Shown here piece after piece: positions 18,781 through 28,346 of a stretch of 64,000 nucleotides of DNA; the first letter of the stretch is position 1; every line of letters begins with the position of its first letter. The notes below the pieces were generated by a model. That model was given only the letters and a program-made list of their open reading frames with translations, was not told the DNA's origin and did not search any database. The stretch lies in IMG/VR virus record IMGVR_UViG_3300031787_000058; one strand, 5' to 3'. Both the position numbers and the translations under genes were made by a program. Origin of the DNA: an uncultured virus (IMG/VR IMGVR_UViG_3300031787_000058). Taxonomy: Duplodnaviria > Heunggongvirae > Uroviricota > Caudoviricetes.

Positions 18781-19212
18781 TCAGTCCTCCGAGATATCCA
18801 GCGCGCCAGCAGAGAAGAGCGGCTGAATACCAAGGGAAATAGACAGCGGCGAAGCAAGCGCGCCCTTGTAGAGCACCTTTCCTGCACCTGTAGAGTCCGT
18901 ACCAACAGCCACATGAGACGCCGTTGCTGTACCGCCGGTGCATTGCGGGAAAGTAATGGTCGACGCGTTCGTTACGTCAGAACCAGTGACTGTCCAGCCA
19001 CCGTTGGTGCGCGCGACAGCGACTCGAGCGTAACCAGTGTACACCACTTCGCTAGACGTCTGGTCTGCGGCTTCGCCAGGATCGGCGCTATGCAGGCTGA
19101 CGTAGAGGTTCGTGACCGGGCTCGACGCAGCGTTATCAGCAAGATTAGCAATCGCCGTTGCGTTGAAGATCAGCTTGAGCAGATCGTTTTCAAATGTGTT
19201 TGCCTTTGACAT
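18781..19212 (-). CDS. Virion structural protein
   Basis: FEN.LL..IF...LYV.LH.ADPG...E..Y.GYARV...ITFP motif. Confidence 0.75.
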   Translation of the reverse strand: MSKANTFENDLLKLIFNATAIANLADNAASSPVTNLYVSLHSADPGEAADQTSSEVVYTGYARVAVARTNGGWTVTGSDVTNASTITFPQCTGGTATASHVAVGTDSTGAGKVLYKGALASPLSISLGIQPLFSAGALDISED

Positions 19213-19221
19213 ATCCGTGCC

Positions 19222-19593
19222 TCAAGCGTGGGTGATGGTGGCGGAGTTGATCGTCACCGACTGCCCGGCCGTGATGCTTACGCTATCGAGCACGATGTCG
19301 GTACCCGACGTGCCAACGGTCAGGCCCGTGATGACATCTGTTCCGCCAGAAGCGGTGCGAATGCGCGCGGCGGCTGCGGTGCCAGAGGCATCGGCCGACG
19401 AGTCAGTGCGCGGGAAGCCGGAGAACGTCAGCACGCCGCCAGCCGATGTGCCGGCAGGGTTGCCAAGAGCGATCGTGGCAAGCACGCTGGCCATGCCCGC
19501 CGTTCCGATTTCGAGAACGCCGGCTGATCCAATGGCAGTGACAACGGCATCGAGCCGGGCGTTCTTGACTGCCGTGGTGTAGTTGACTGCCAT
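19222..19593 (-). CDS. Virion structural protein
   Basis: Y....KNARLDA...GTA..AR...G.V....I..GQ.V.I motif. Confidence 0.75.
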   Translation of the reverse strand: MAVNYTTAVKNARLDAVVTAIGSAGVLEIGTAGMASVLATIALGNPAGTSAGGVLTFSGFPRTDSSADASGTAAAARIRTASGGTDVITGLTVGTSGTDIVLDSVSITAGQSVTINSATITHA

Positions 19594-19599
19594 CTCGTG

Positions 19600-22170
19600 T
19601 TACTCCTCGTCACTCGGTTGGGTTACAGCGCCAATCGCGCGTCCGTCTTTGTCCTCGATAATCTTCGTCTTCTTCGGCGTGCTCATGACCTTGGCAAGCG
19701 CCGCCTGAGTCTGGGCGAGCGTGGCAAGAACCTGCGCCATGGCGGGGTCTTCCTTCTCTTCCTTTTCTGCAGGTTCGGGCTTCTCTTCGGCCGTCTTGCG
19801 CACCATCTCCACTTCTGAACGAAGCACCTGCAGTTCTGCCTTGTGCTCGGTGTTCAGTTGGTCGATCGCCGCCTTGTGCTCGACGCTCATCTGCTGGATC
19901 TGGCCAACAAGCGCCTGGATCTGGTCGGCAAACGGCTTGAGCGCGTCCATGCTGGCAGCCTTCGCGCGCTCGGCTTCGATCTTGGCGGCCGCATCGATGT
20001 TGGCCTTCTCGATGTCGGACTGGTACTTAGTCTGGATCTCGCGCTCGCGGTTGGCGAGCTGAGTCTTGAGCAACGTGATCTGCTCGTAGAGCGGCCTCAT
20101 CTGCTGCTCGAACATGGACTGCATCTCGGCGGCTTCGCCACCGGCAGCCAGTCCGCCTTGGATCTGCTGCGCCTCGGCCATGAGCTTCTGCGCCTTGGCC
20201 GCGGTCTCTTGCATCTTGACCTGGCGCTCCTGGCGCAGCATCGCCATCTCTTCCTGCTGCATCTGGGCCTGCGCTTGCGCGGCGGCCTCTTGCTGCTCGG
20301 GAGACTGGATGCCGATGGCAGACCGGAGGCGGTCGGCAATCTGGTGGCGCTTCGGCAGATCCGTGGCTTCCACCACAAAGTCGATGACCTGTGCCTGAAG
20401 TTCGGGCGGCAGGGACTTCGTGACTTCGGTCAGCATCATGAACTGCTGCGTGCGGTAGGTCGGCGTGCTCGGGATGTCATCGAGGACAACCTTGGCGCGC
20501 ACCTTCGACACGTCGTTGAGGATCGTCTGCTGGCCCGTCTCTTCGTCAACGGCCGGCGTGTTAAGCGGAATCACCTTGCGCTGCTTGCCCTGGCCAATGA
20601 CCACGCGGGCCGGGCCCTGGGCAAGGTTCTGACGCACCAGGTCGAACAGCATTTCGCCGACGATGCGGCGGCTGTAGCGGTAGTTGTCGTTGATCTCGGC
20701 CAGCGTGTTGAGGCCCTGCTCGACCAGCGAGTTGATGGCGAGACCCGAGGTCGCGCCCGATTGCTGGCCCTGCATCGACTTGTGGATGCCCGAAGACTCG
20801 GCGATCTCGAGCTTGGCTTCCTGCATGACCTGGAACTGCTGCGCCACAAGTTCGGAGCCCGGTTCGACCTTGAACTGGCTCTGCGGTTTGCGGTTCGGGT
20901 TCAGGATGATGTAGGCATCCGGACGCGCCACTTCCTCGGCCGCCTTGCCGTGATCGACGATCGCATCGGCATCGACGATGACGCGGCGACTGTTGAGCGA
21001 CCACAACATCTTCGACTTGCGCGCGTTGATCTCGTCCTGCGGAGAGATCATCGAGCGGACCAAGCCGTATGGGACGTTGGTCAGGTCTTCCCGGTAGCCG
21101 AAGAACGGAACGTACGGGAACATGCCGTGCTGATACGGGCTCGGCACGTCATAGAGGAAGTGGGGGCCGGTGTACCAGGCGAGGCGGACCTTTTGAAAGG
21201 TGGCCGAACGCACGGTCGCGTAACCGGAAACGATCGCCTCGGCATGACGGGGGTTGTCGAAATCGGGTTCGATGCGACGACCGTTGGGGAGGGTCATCAG
21301 GTATCCGCGCACCCACTTCCGATACCAGATCTCGTATAAACAGATCCGCTCGCGCTGGATGTCGCGCCAGTCGGCCGCCGAAAGACGGGTGTCGCGCTCG
21401 ATTTCCCAGGACTGCACCAGTCGGGTGTCCTGCTCGAGCAGCGGATCGAAGTTGGCCCACCCGGAGGTGGTCATGCGGAAGAGGTCCGCGTACTGGGGCA
21501 TCAGAGCAATCGCGTGCTCGAGGTCCACCCATCGGCGCCGGATCAGATACCGGGCGTCGGAAAGGTCGGGCTGTTCGGCCCGCCAGTCCCAGAAGATTTC
21601 CCGTCGGTGGATGTACTTCACCCGGTACGGGCAGCGAAACGGATCGTGTTCCTTGGCAACTTCGACCCATCCCAGGCCGGCCTTCAGCTGCGCGCCGTAG
21701 GCATCGGAGACGGCCCGATCGGCCCGGCTCTCGATCTCGGCGTGCTTCAGCTTGATCGACAGGGCCTCGGCCAGGTCGTCATCGCACACTTCGTCGTCTT
21801 CGGGCCGTACGCGCCAGTCGGTGCGCGTCTTGGCCTCCATGCCGAGAACGGTGTCGATCGTCGGCTTGATCAGGTTCGTGACGAGCGGCGGCTGCCCGCG
21901 CTCTTGCAGCGTGGTAACGGTCTCGTCGTTGAGTTGGTTGCCGTCGTAGTAATCAGCGGCACGATCGGCCTCACGGCGCCAGTGCGGCTGGTTCTTGATC
22001 TCCATGAGGAACATCTCGACATGCCGACGCTCAAGCGCGGTGTCTTTGAGTTCTTCCGGCAGATCGCGGTTTGTGGGCTCTTCGCTCACGACGACACCAC
22101 GACGGGGCCGCACAGCGGGCGTTTCGTCCTCTATCGCGGCGCTGGTCAGTTGGATGTCGGCTACAGCCAT
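19600..22170 (-). CDS. P22-like portal protein with long C-terminal coiled coil
   Basis: YYDG.Q, N.I.P.I..VLG.E, G.GW, PYVPF.G, G.VR.M.SPQ.EIN.R.S, SG.AI motifs; follows terL. Confidence 0.9.
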   Translation of the reverse strand: MAVADIQLTSAAIEDETPAVRPRRGVVVSEEPTNRDLPEELKDTALERRHVEMFLMEIKNQPHWRREADRAADYYDGNQLNDETVTTLQERGQPPLVTNLIKPTIDTVLGMEAKTRTDWRVRPEDDEVCDDDLAEALSIKLKHAEIESRADRAVSDAYGAQLKAGLGWVEVAKEHDPFRCPYRVKYIHRREIFWDWRAEQPDLSDARYLIRRRWVDLEHAIALMPQYADLFRMTTSGWANFDPLLEQDTRLVQSWEIERDTRLSAADWRDIQRERICLYEIWYRKWVRGYLMTLPNGRRIEPDFDNPRHAEAIVSGYATVRSATFQKVRLAWYTGPHFLYDVPSPYQHGMFPYVPFFGYREDLTNVPYGLVRSMISPQDEINARKSKMLWSLNSRRVIVDADAIVDHGKAAEEVARPDAYIILNPNRKPQSQFKVEPGSELVAQQFQVMQEAKLEIAESSGIHKSMQGQQSGATSGLAINSLVEQGLNTLAEINDNYRYSRRIVGEMLFDLVRQNLAQGPARVVIGQGKQRKVIPLNTPAVDEETGQQTILNDVSKVRAKVVLDDIPSTPTYRTQQFMMLTEVTKSLPPELQAQVIDFVVEATDLPKRHQIADRLRSAIGIQSPEQQEAAAQAQAQMQQEEMAMLRQERQVKMQETAAKAQKLMAEAQQIQGGLAAGGEAAEMQSMFEQQMRPLYEQITLLKTQLANREREIQTKYQSDIEKANIDAAAKIEAERAKAASMDALKPFADQIQALVGQIQQMSVEHKAAIDQLNTEHKAELQVLRSEVEMVRKTAEEKPEPAEKEEKEDPAMAQVLATLAQTQAALAKVMSTPKKTKIIEDKDGRAIGAVTQPSDEE

Positions 22171-22221
22171 GGCCTGTCCACTATGGTTTGGGTCATTCTG
22201 GTATCGAGATCCCTATTCGAC

Positions 22222-23700
22222 TCACCCCGCGCGCCAATCAAACGAGCGACGCGGGTTGAGCATCGATTTGGAGGGATCTGGCGGCGTGATCGCAGCGCGG
22301 CGCATCGAGTAGGCGTAGCGCACGGCCGAGATCAAGTCGTCGCCGTCCTTCACGATCTTTCCGTCCTTGCGGTGGTAGAGACGAAACTCGTCCCACCAGT
22401 CGTTTAGGTGCGAGAAGACTTTGAACTTGCCGGCCTGCATGGCCGTGAGCATGGCCATCACGCCCGCCTCGACCGAGAAGCGCGACTGTTGAATGCCGCC
22501 CTCGGCCCCGGTCTCAGGCATCGAGGCTTTCTCGTGCAGCATGTTGACCCCGTGCTGGCGGTACAGCTCTGCGAGTTGAATGCCCGAGCCCTTTTCGGTT
22601 TGCAGACCGTCGTGCGGCCATGCAACGGGCAACCAGGCGCCGCGGGTAATGATCATCGGCGCGATGTCGCGCGGCGTACTTTCCCGGCGTTTGATCGCGT
22701 CGTAGACGTAGGTCGTGTCGGTCTCACGATCCCAGGCAAGCCAGGCGCAGGCGGTCGGGTGATCCCAACCGAAGTCGATTCCGACGATCTGCGGCCAGAA
22801 GTCCGGGATCGGGAACGGTTCGACGCGCAGTTCCGACTCGGCGATCGGAAACACTCGGCCCGAGCCCAGGATCGGAATACCCTTCGCGCGCGCCTCGCGT
22901 TCGTGCGCCGGGTAACTGGCGATGATCTTGGCCCGTTCCTCCGGCGTGTAGTGATCCACGTCGTCGATGGTCATGTTGATGTCGGCGCGTTCCGGGGTTG
23001 CGTCCTGCAGGAACATGCGAACGACATCCGACATGCCAAGCAACGGGGTGAAGGTGATCCAGACGATCCCCTTCGTTGCGTTGGTGCGCGTCAGAACTTC
23101 GGTGTAGATGTCAGCGGGCGGCTCTTCGTCGAGCGCAGCGAAGTCGATCGTCTCGCCCTGCAGTTTCGAGCGCCCCTTCTCGTAACTCTTGAAGTACAGG
23201 CGCGACAAGCCGCCCGAGACGTGCTTGACAGTCACCATGTCGATGCTGTCGGCAATGCCCTGGGCTCGTTTCGGATCGCCGACCATGGTCCGTTTCGGAA
23301 TGGTCCCCGTACCCCACTCCCCGGGGCGTCCCATGACCAGGCGTTGCAGGGTGTCGCGGGTCGATTCCATCGACTCGCCAAGCGCCCATCCGGTTACGGC
23401 GCGGTTCCAGCGTTTGCCTTCCCACCACTCAGGATAGAGGCCCGTCAGGTGGTAGGCCGTCTCGTACGCCGAGCTCCAGGTCTTCCCAAGCTGGTTCCCC
23501 GCTCGGAACAATCTCTCCCGATGCGTCATCCCCTTCGAGTGAAACAACTTCTGCTTCTCGTAGGGCTTGTATCTCGAGAGTTTGTCCTGCTCCTGCCGCT
23601 TGTTGATCTCTTGCAATACGCGCAAGTACGCCTGTCTTGGCGGCAAGCTCTTCAGCGATTCGGGCAAGGTCGTCGTCGGAGAGGTGTTCATAGGCATCAT
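22222..23700 (-). CDS. terL: Terminase large subunit, P22 gp2-like
   Basis: RERLFRAGNQLGKT Walker A; DEEPP Walker B; TFTP; IDFGWDHP nuclease; DD..SA.RYA. Start codon uncertain (23718, 23700 or 23691). Confidence 0.95.
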   Translation of the reverse strand: MMPMNTSPTTTLPESLKSLPPRQAYLRVLQEINKRQEQDKLSRYKPYEKQKLFHSKGMTHRERLFRAGNQLGKTWSSAYETAYHLTGLYPEWWEGKRWNRAVTGWALGESMESTRDTLQRLVMGRPGEWGTGTIPKRTMVGDPKRAQGIADSIDMVTVKHVSGGLSRLYFKSYEKGRSKLQGETIDFAALDEEPPADIYTEVLTRTNATKGIVWITFTPLLGMSDVVRMFLQDATPERADINMTIDDVDHYTPEERAKIIASYPAHEREARAKGIPILGSGRVFPIAESELRVEPFPIPDFWPQIVGIDFGWDHPTACAWLAWDRETDTTYVYDAIKRRESTPRDIAPMIITRGAWLPVAWPHDGLQTEKGSGIQLAELYRQHGVNMLHEKASMPETGAEGGIQQSRFSVEAGVMAMLTAMQAGKFKVFSHLNDWWDEFRLYHRKDGKIVKDGDDLISAVRYAYSMRRAAITPPDPSKSMLNPRRSFDWRAG

Positions 23701-24142
23701 CCAGCGCGTTCTTTCCACCGTCGAACATGTTTAGCGTCTTGCCGAGCAGTTCGAGCGCGCGTGTCGCGCCTATCGAGTCGAACTTGTACTCTCCGGTAGG
23801 AGTTCCCTTCTTGTCAGTGACTTCCTCGGCTTGCATACACCGGTCGGCCACCGTCATCAGGCGTGATATGACCCATTGACGGTCCAATCCGGTCTTCAGA
23901 ATGGCGTTTTTGGACGCCATCTTGGAGAGTTCTTGAATGCGCGCGCTGATTTGCGGGTTCTCGCGCTCCCATCGTTTCAAGGTCTTCTCGGAGACCTCCG
24001 ATCCGCACGCGGTTCGGGCCTCGCGCATGGTCATTCCCATGGCCCGCGCGCGGCAATACGCCTCCTGAGTGAGCGTCAGCCCCTCCTCAGTGAAGGTGGC
24101 GATGTCTCGGTGCTGTGGTTGGCCCTTTTGCGGGTTCGTCAT
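23429..24142 (-). CDS. terS: Terminase small subunit
   Basis: LT..QEAY HTH-like N-terminus; GA.RALELLGK..MF motif; directly upstream of terL. Confidence 0.85.
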   Translation of the reverse strand: MTNPQKGQPQHRDIATFTEEGLTLTQEAYCRARAMGMTMREARTACGSEVSEKTLKRWERENPQISARIQELSKMASKNAILKTGLDRQWVISRLMTVADRCMQAEEVTDKKGTPTGEYKFDSIGATRALELLGKTLNMFDGGKNALDDAYEHLSDDDLARIAEELAAKTGVLARIARDQQAAGAGQTLEIQALREAEVVSLEGDDASGEIVPSGEPAWEDLELGVRDGLPPDGPLS

Positions 24143-24441
24143 TTGGTGATCAAGGCAAATACGGCGATCGCAACCAAGCCGACGATGCCGACAACTGCCG
24201 TGATCACCCAGTTCTTGACGATTTTCAGGACCGGCATCTCGAGTTCGACGTGCTTGAGGCGCATATCCACCTTCTCGATGGTGTCGAAGGCTCGATCGAG
24301 CGATTCTCGGGTGTCGATGTGGCGCTGCTCGAGTGTCGTCAGACGTTGTAGGTTCTCGGACACGACACGCAACGTCTCTTCAATCATAGTGAGGCGGTAA
24401 TGCGTCAGATCATGGCCGCTTTCTTTCGTTTCGATGCTCAT
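24139..24441 (-). CDS. Coiled-coil protein with C-terminal TM helix (holin/XhlA-like)
   Basis: Hydrophobic C-terminal helix; lies in the lysis cluster. Confidence 0.6.
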   Translation of the reverse strand: MSIETKESGHDLTHYRLTMIEETLRVVSENLQRLTTLEQRHIDTRESLDRAFDTIEKVDMRLKHVELEMPVLKIVKNWVITAVVGIVGLVAIAVFALITK

Positions 24442-24722
24442 TTCCGGGAACCTCTGTGCTGCTCCAACTCACCCGCCAACTGCTGACGAGCCTTTACGGC
24501 TTCGATGAGTGCGTCAAAGCGCGCCTTGCACGCTCGACCCCACTCGACAGAATCAACAAGAGCACGCGCCAGGTCGTACTGATCAGCTTGGACGAGGCGA
24601 GCAGCCACTCTTTCAGGGCACTTTTCAAGGTATTCATCGGGCACCTTCGGGGTCGAGACTACGATTGATGGCGTCGCGCAGCCCGTCAGGCAGGCGACAG
24701 TCAGGAGAAGCAGGGCGCGCAT
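24438..24722 (-). CDS. Rz1: o-spanin lipoprotein (Rz1-like)
   Basis: Lipobox LTGC after a hydrophobic signal; partly overlaps the i-spanin in another frame. Confidence 0.75.
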   Translation of the reverse strand: MRALLLLTVACLTGCATPSIVVSTPKVPDEYLEKCPERVAARLVQADQYDLARALVDSVEWGRACKARFDALIEAVKARQQLAGELEQHRGSRK

Positions 24723-24996
24723 TGCGAAGTTCCTCGATTTGGGCTTGGAGGCTGGCCTTGTCGGCCTTCAACTTGGTGACGGTCGCTTGCAGACGGTTCG
24801 TTGTCGCCGAGTCCGAAGCATTGGCGGCAGCCTGCGAGCCAGTGGAGATGGCCGTTGTCGTGGCCTCCCGTTTGGCTTCCGCAATCTTGCAAGCGGTTGA
24901 AGCGCGTCGATGACCCTCGAGGTAGCCAAGACCTGCCGATGCCAAAATGGCCATGGCAAGGATCAGCCAAACACGAGGGTCGAGGGCGGCGAGCAT
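24634..24996 (-). CDS. Rz: i-spanin (Rz-like)
   Basis: N-terminal TM helix, periplasmic coiled coil, C-terminal Cys. Confidence 0.75.
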   Translation of the reverse strand: MLAALDPRVWLILAMAILASAGLGYLEGHRRASTACKIAEAKREATTTAISTGSQAAANASDSATTNRLQATVTKLKADKASLQAQIEELRNARPASPDCRLPDGLRDAINRSLDPEGAR

Positions 24997-25020
24997 GGAT
25001 GTTGGCCTTTCGCGTGGTTG

Positions 25021-25248
25021 TTACTTGTGGGGAATAGGCGTCGTGGTGATGGCGCGCAGCGCCAGGTTGGCCACACTGCCCACGAGCAAAATCGCCGCGG
25101 CGACTTCTTGGCCCCAGAGCGCCGTCATGTGCCCGCCCATCAGCTCGAGCCCGCCCAAAATGGCGAGCAAGACGTTCCAGTAAACCGTCTTCGATTTGGC
25201 GGCTCCGCGGAGCCAGTCACGGAACGTAATCGGGGATTCGTGCGTCAT
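25021..25248 (-). CDS. Holin
   Basis: KSKT.W.N...two TM helices...LR..TT.PI motif. Confidence 0.7.
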   Translation of the reverse strand: MTHESPITFRDWLRGAAKSKTVYWNVLLAILGGLELMGGHMTALWGQEVAAAILLVGSVANLALRAITTTPIPHK

Positions 25249-25756
25249 CGGTGTATCTCCGGAGGGTGTGAGCGAGCGCGACACAGCAGGCCATCCGGTA
25301 CATCTGAATGTCCTCGGCGTGGTAGATGAACTCGGGCTCGATGATCAGCGACGTACAAGCCGTCGCCTTGAGGAAATGCAGCGGGCCCTTGGACGGGTCC
25401 GCCTGGTAGAAGCCCGGTTTCACACCGCGGCTTGGACGGAAGAACTTGGCGAGCTCGTCCTGGATGTGATACGCGATCGTCTGACCGCGGGTTGAGCCTG
25501 GGAAGAACAGCGTTTCAGATCCGCGCGCGGTCGGTGTCGCGGCGTTGAAGTGGATCTCAATGGCGAGGTCTTGGTGTTTGGCGGTCTGGTTGATCCACGC
25601 CACTTTGCGATTCAGGTCGCCGGTCGGAACCACTTTGGCTGATGGCAACATTGCCGAGAGCAGTCGGACCCATTCCTTCGCTTCGGTGTGTTCGACAAAG
25701 CCCTTCCAAGCCGCACCGGGTGCGGCGGGATGGTGGCCTGCGGATAGGTAGAGCAC
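25217..25756 (-). CDS. Endolysin, N-acetylmuramoyl-L-alanine amidase (Amidase_3)
   Basis: SAGH, E, IEIHFNA, G.E, IIEPEFI zinc-amidase motifs. Confidence 0.9.
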   Translation of the reverse strand: MLYLSAGHHPAAPGAAWKGFVEHTEAKEWVRLLSAMLPSAKVVPTGDLNRKVAWINQTAKHQDLAIEIHFNAATPTARGSETLFFPGSTRGQTIAYHIQDELAKFFRPSRGVKPGFYQADPSKGPLHFLKATACTSLIIEPEFIYHAEDIQMYRMACCVALAHTLRRYTDDARIPDYVP

Positions 25757-25942
25757 TTAGAAGCCCCTCTCGCTGGCCCGATGCGGCTTGTTTGTCGGTT
25801 GGTTCATGGGCGGATTGTTTGTTGGGCCGCGTTATTCGACTGGGGTCGCCTCGCGCGAACGCGCGGGGGGATGGGCCTAAAAAATATGCCGCCCCCACCC
25901 GCCGATCTCGATGCCCCCCCCTGACCCCCGGCCCCCACCGCG

Positions 25943-26227
25943 TCACCAGTCCCCACCCCGCCCCCTGACTCGCCTGCGCTCGGCCTCGTCGGCCTCCTCG
26001 CGCGTCTGTCTGCGCCAGGTCGCACCCGACTTGCGTCCGATCCGGGTCACACGCTCCATCAGGTAGAGCGCATTGAGCGCGTCGGCGATCTGTTTGCGGG
26101 TGAGACCGTGCAGATAGCCGGCCAGTTGGCGTCCGGATTGTGGCTCATCGGTCAATGCGTGCAGCACGCGGGCACGGATGCCCTCGCCCTCGAAGAACGG
26201 ATCGAACCCAAGGTCAGGCAGTTGCAT
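25943..26227 (-). CDS. Winged-HTH DNA-binding protein
   Basis: TGATG coupling to VRR-NUC; QLA..L.GLTRKQI..AL..L...V.R pattern. Confidence 0.6.
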   Translation of the reverse strand: MQLPDLGFDPFFEGEGIRARVLHALTDEPQSGRQLAGYLHGLTRKQIADALNALYLMERVTRIGRKSGATWRRQTREEADEAERRRVRGRGGDW

Positions 26228-26607
26228 CACTCCACCTCCGGCAGAGCGCCCTCTGCCACGCCAAAGAACCGCAGCACCTCCGATCGCGCCTCGCTGGCCG
26301 ACCGGCACACGACGCACGTCCAGCCGCACGCCTCGAACCGGGCAAGCCATTCGGATTGCTCGTCGGACACGCGGCCCACGTCGGACTTCATCTCGATGGC
26401 GAGCCCGCCGTTGGGCATGGGAATCACCAGATCCGGCCAGCCACGCTTGACGCCAAGCGCGGTCATCTGCGCTCCGGTGAAGGCGGATCGCTGGCCGCCG
26501 TTGGGTGAGTGGTGCATCCAGCGAAGGTCTGGCATGACTGCCCGCACCTCGCGCTTGTGCGTCCACTTCACGAACCGTGCTTGCTCCCGTTCTTCTGACC
26601 GCTGCAT
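26227..26607 (-). CDS. VRR-NUC domain nuclease (resolvase-like)
   Basis: H.PNGG.R...GV..G.PDL...IEMK...S..Q..W motif. Confidence 0.9.
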   Translation of the reverse strand: MQRSEEREQARFVKWTHKREVRAVMPDLRWMHHSPNGGQRSAFTGAQMTALGVKRGWPDLVIPMPNGGLAIEMKSDVGRVSDEQSEWLARFEACGWTCVVCRSASEARSEVLRFFGVAEGALPEVE

Positions 26608-26749
26608 GGACGTCGAATTTAGCGCCGCTCAACTCTGAGCGCAAGGTTGATCCGTGAGCATGTGAGGACATGGGAGGAAGGGGACAGCGACCACGGCCCA
26701 CTTCCGGGCCCTCAGCCCACTGATCTAGTCCACCCAATCACCCCGATTC

Positions 26750-27070
26750 GACCCGTTTCCCAAAATTCCCAACACTTCCCAAGCCTTGGGAATCACTTTT
26801 CGACCCTCTTTTTCCTTGCCGCTCAGACACTTACCTGTCAATTCGACCGTCGATTCCCCAAATTCCCAACTTCCCGGGTTCCCGAGGTTAAGAGGGGTGA
26901 GGTTGTGGATAAGTCTAGGAAAGGGGGGAGGGCTGGGAACTTGGGAAATGAGAGAGAAAAGATATAAAAAATAATAATACTTATATATATATATCAACTA
27001 CTTACATACACACAGGATAGTCGAATAGTGATTCCCAACGTTTGGGAACTTTTGGGAACTTGGGGAACTG
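26750..27070. repeat. Putative replication origin: clustered TTCCCAA/TTGGGAA repeats around an AT-rich core
   Basis: About 14 exact or near copies; (TA)n tract at ~26980-26995; non-coding, between divergent operons. Confidence 0.6.
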
Positions 27071-27203
27071 GTGGCCGGCACTATCCGCCTCGTGGTCGAG
27101 CACGAAGAAAGTGTTTGACGCCCGTTGACCGGTAGAAAAAGATCGCCACCGGATCGAGCGTTGCTCGATACCGACCGACCGACCCAACCAAGAGGAACCG
27201 ACC

Positions 27204-27482
27204 ATGACCGACCAACCGATCATCGCCTTCAACACCGGACGCCACTACACCGACCGAGGCCAGCGCATCGCCGCGACACGGCTCGCCTCTGGCCGCGTCC
27301 TGTTCGTCGATTACGACCGCGACCTTGATTACGTCACGGTCGAGCCAGTGCCACTGACTCGACAGGCCGTCATGTGCTGCTACGACGCCAACGACACCGA
27401 ATCCAGTTACAGCGCGATCCCGGACTACGCGGAGCGCACTCGCCTGATCGAGACCCTTGAGCGCGTCGCCGCTGCCCTCTGA
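27204..27482 (+). CDS. Early hypothetical protein (FNTGR.YT..GQRI motif)
   Basis: GAGGA SD with A/C-rich leader. Confidence 0.75.
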   Translation: MTDQPIIAFNTGRHYTDRGQRIAATRLASGRVLFVDYDRDLDYVTVEPVPLTRQAVMCCYDANDTESSYSAIPDYAERTRLIETLERVAAAL

Positions 27483-27516
27483 CCGACCGAACCAACCGCA
27501 ACACAGGAAGTACCGC

Positions 27517-28035
27517 ATGACCCGCAAGACCCGATCCGTCCGATCCGAAGCCCCGGCCCTCTACGCCGTCCAGCCCACCACCCGGCCCGCCGCCATCGAC
27601 GAGGACGCCACCATCGCCCTCGCCAAGCAGTACCTCTGGGCCCGCCTCAAGCAACCGGGCACGGCCTTGACCAGCCCGCAAGCCCTCCGCGATTACGTCA
27701 ACCTCACGCTGGCCGACAGACCGCACGAAGTGTTCTGCATCGCTTACCTCGACAACCGCCACCGCGTCATCGCCTTCGACGAACTGTTCCGCGGCACCAT
27801 CGACGGCGCGAGCGTGCATCCTCGAGAGGTTGTGAAGGCAACGCTGGCCCACAACGCCGCCGCAATCGTGCTGGTTCACAACCATCCGAGCGGAGTGCCC
27901 GAGCCAAGCCGCGCCGACGAATTCATCACCAGCCGACTCAAAGACGCGCTGGCCCTGATCGATGTTCGTGTGCTTGACCACCTGATAGTCGCGGGACGCG
28001 AAACCGTTTCCTTTGCCGTACGCGGTCTGATCTGA
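27517..28035 (+). CDS. radC: RadC-like JAB/MPN domain protein
   Basis: E.F..YLD, GT...VHPREV, HNHPSG..PS..D...T, VLDH.I motifs. Confidence 0.92.
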   Translation: MTRKTRSVRSEAPALYAVQPTTRPAAIDEDATIALAKQYLWARLKQPGTALTSPQALRDYVNLTLADRPHEVFCIAYLDNRHRVIAFDELFRGTIDGASVHPREVVKATLAHNAAAIVLVHNHPSGVPEPSRADEFITSRLKDALALIDVRVLDHLIVAGRETVSFAVRGLI

Positions 28036-28073
28036 TCGCAACCGACCCTCAACAAACCACAGGAACGAACGAC

Positions 28074-28346
28074 ATGACTACCAAACAACTGAACCTCAAA
28101 GACCCCGCGCAGCGCACCGAATACTGGGAGGAAGTTGCTGCCGCTCAACTGGTGAACCGCAAGATCACCGCCGTGCGCTACATGACGCAGGAGGAAGCCG
28201 ACAACATGGGCTTCATCTCACGCTCCGTGGTAATCCAGTTGGATGACGGCAATCTTGTGTTCCCGGTCGCCGATGACGAAGGCAACGACGCTGGCGCCCT
28301 GTTCACGATGGACGCGAAGCACAACGTCCTGCCTGTCCTGTACTGA
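28074..28346 (+). CDS. Early hypothetical protein
   Basis: AGGA SD; I..VRYM...DDEGN..GALFT motif. Confidence 0.75.
   Translation: MTTKQLNLKDPAQRTEYWEEVAAAQLVNRKITAVRYMTQEEADNMGFISRSVVIQLDDGNLVFPVADDEGNDAGALFTMDAKHNVLPVLY

Noticed and set aside
19843..23799. Plus-strand 498, 297 and 463-aa ORFs opposite portal and terL
   Set aside because: Antisense shadow ORFs
24438..24996. Overlapping spanin genes as a novelty
   Set aside because: Rz/Rz1 overlap is well established
26228..26737. N-terminal 170 aa of the 264-aa ORF 25943..26737
   Set aside because: Overlaps VRR-NUC out of frame; the real start is the coupled ATG at 26227
27110..27145. TTGACG/TTGACC early promoter
   Set aside because: No good -10 element at proper spacing, so not called
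26647..27235. Short ORFs across the repeat/AT-rich region
   Set aside because: Translations mirror the repeats (FPKFP, WE.LG); more likely non-coding
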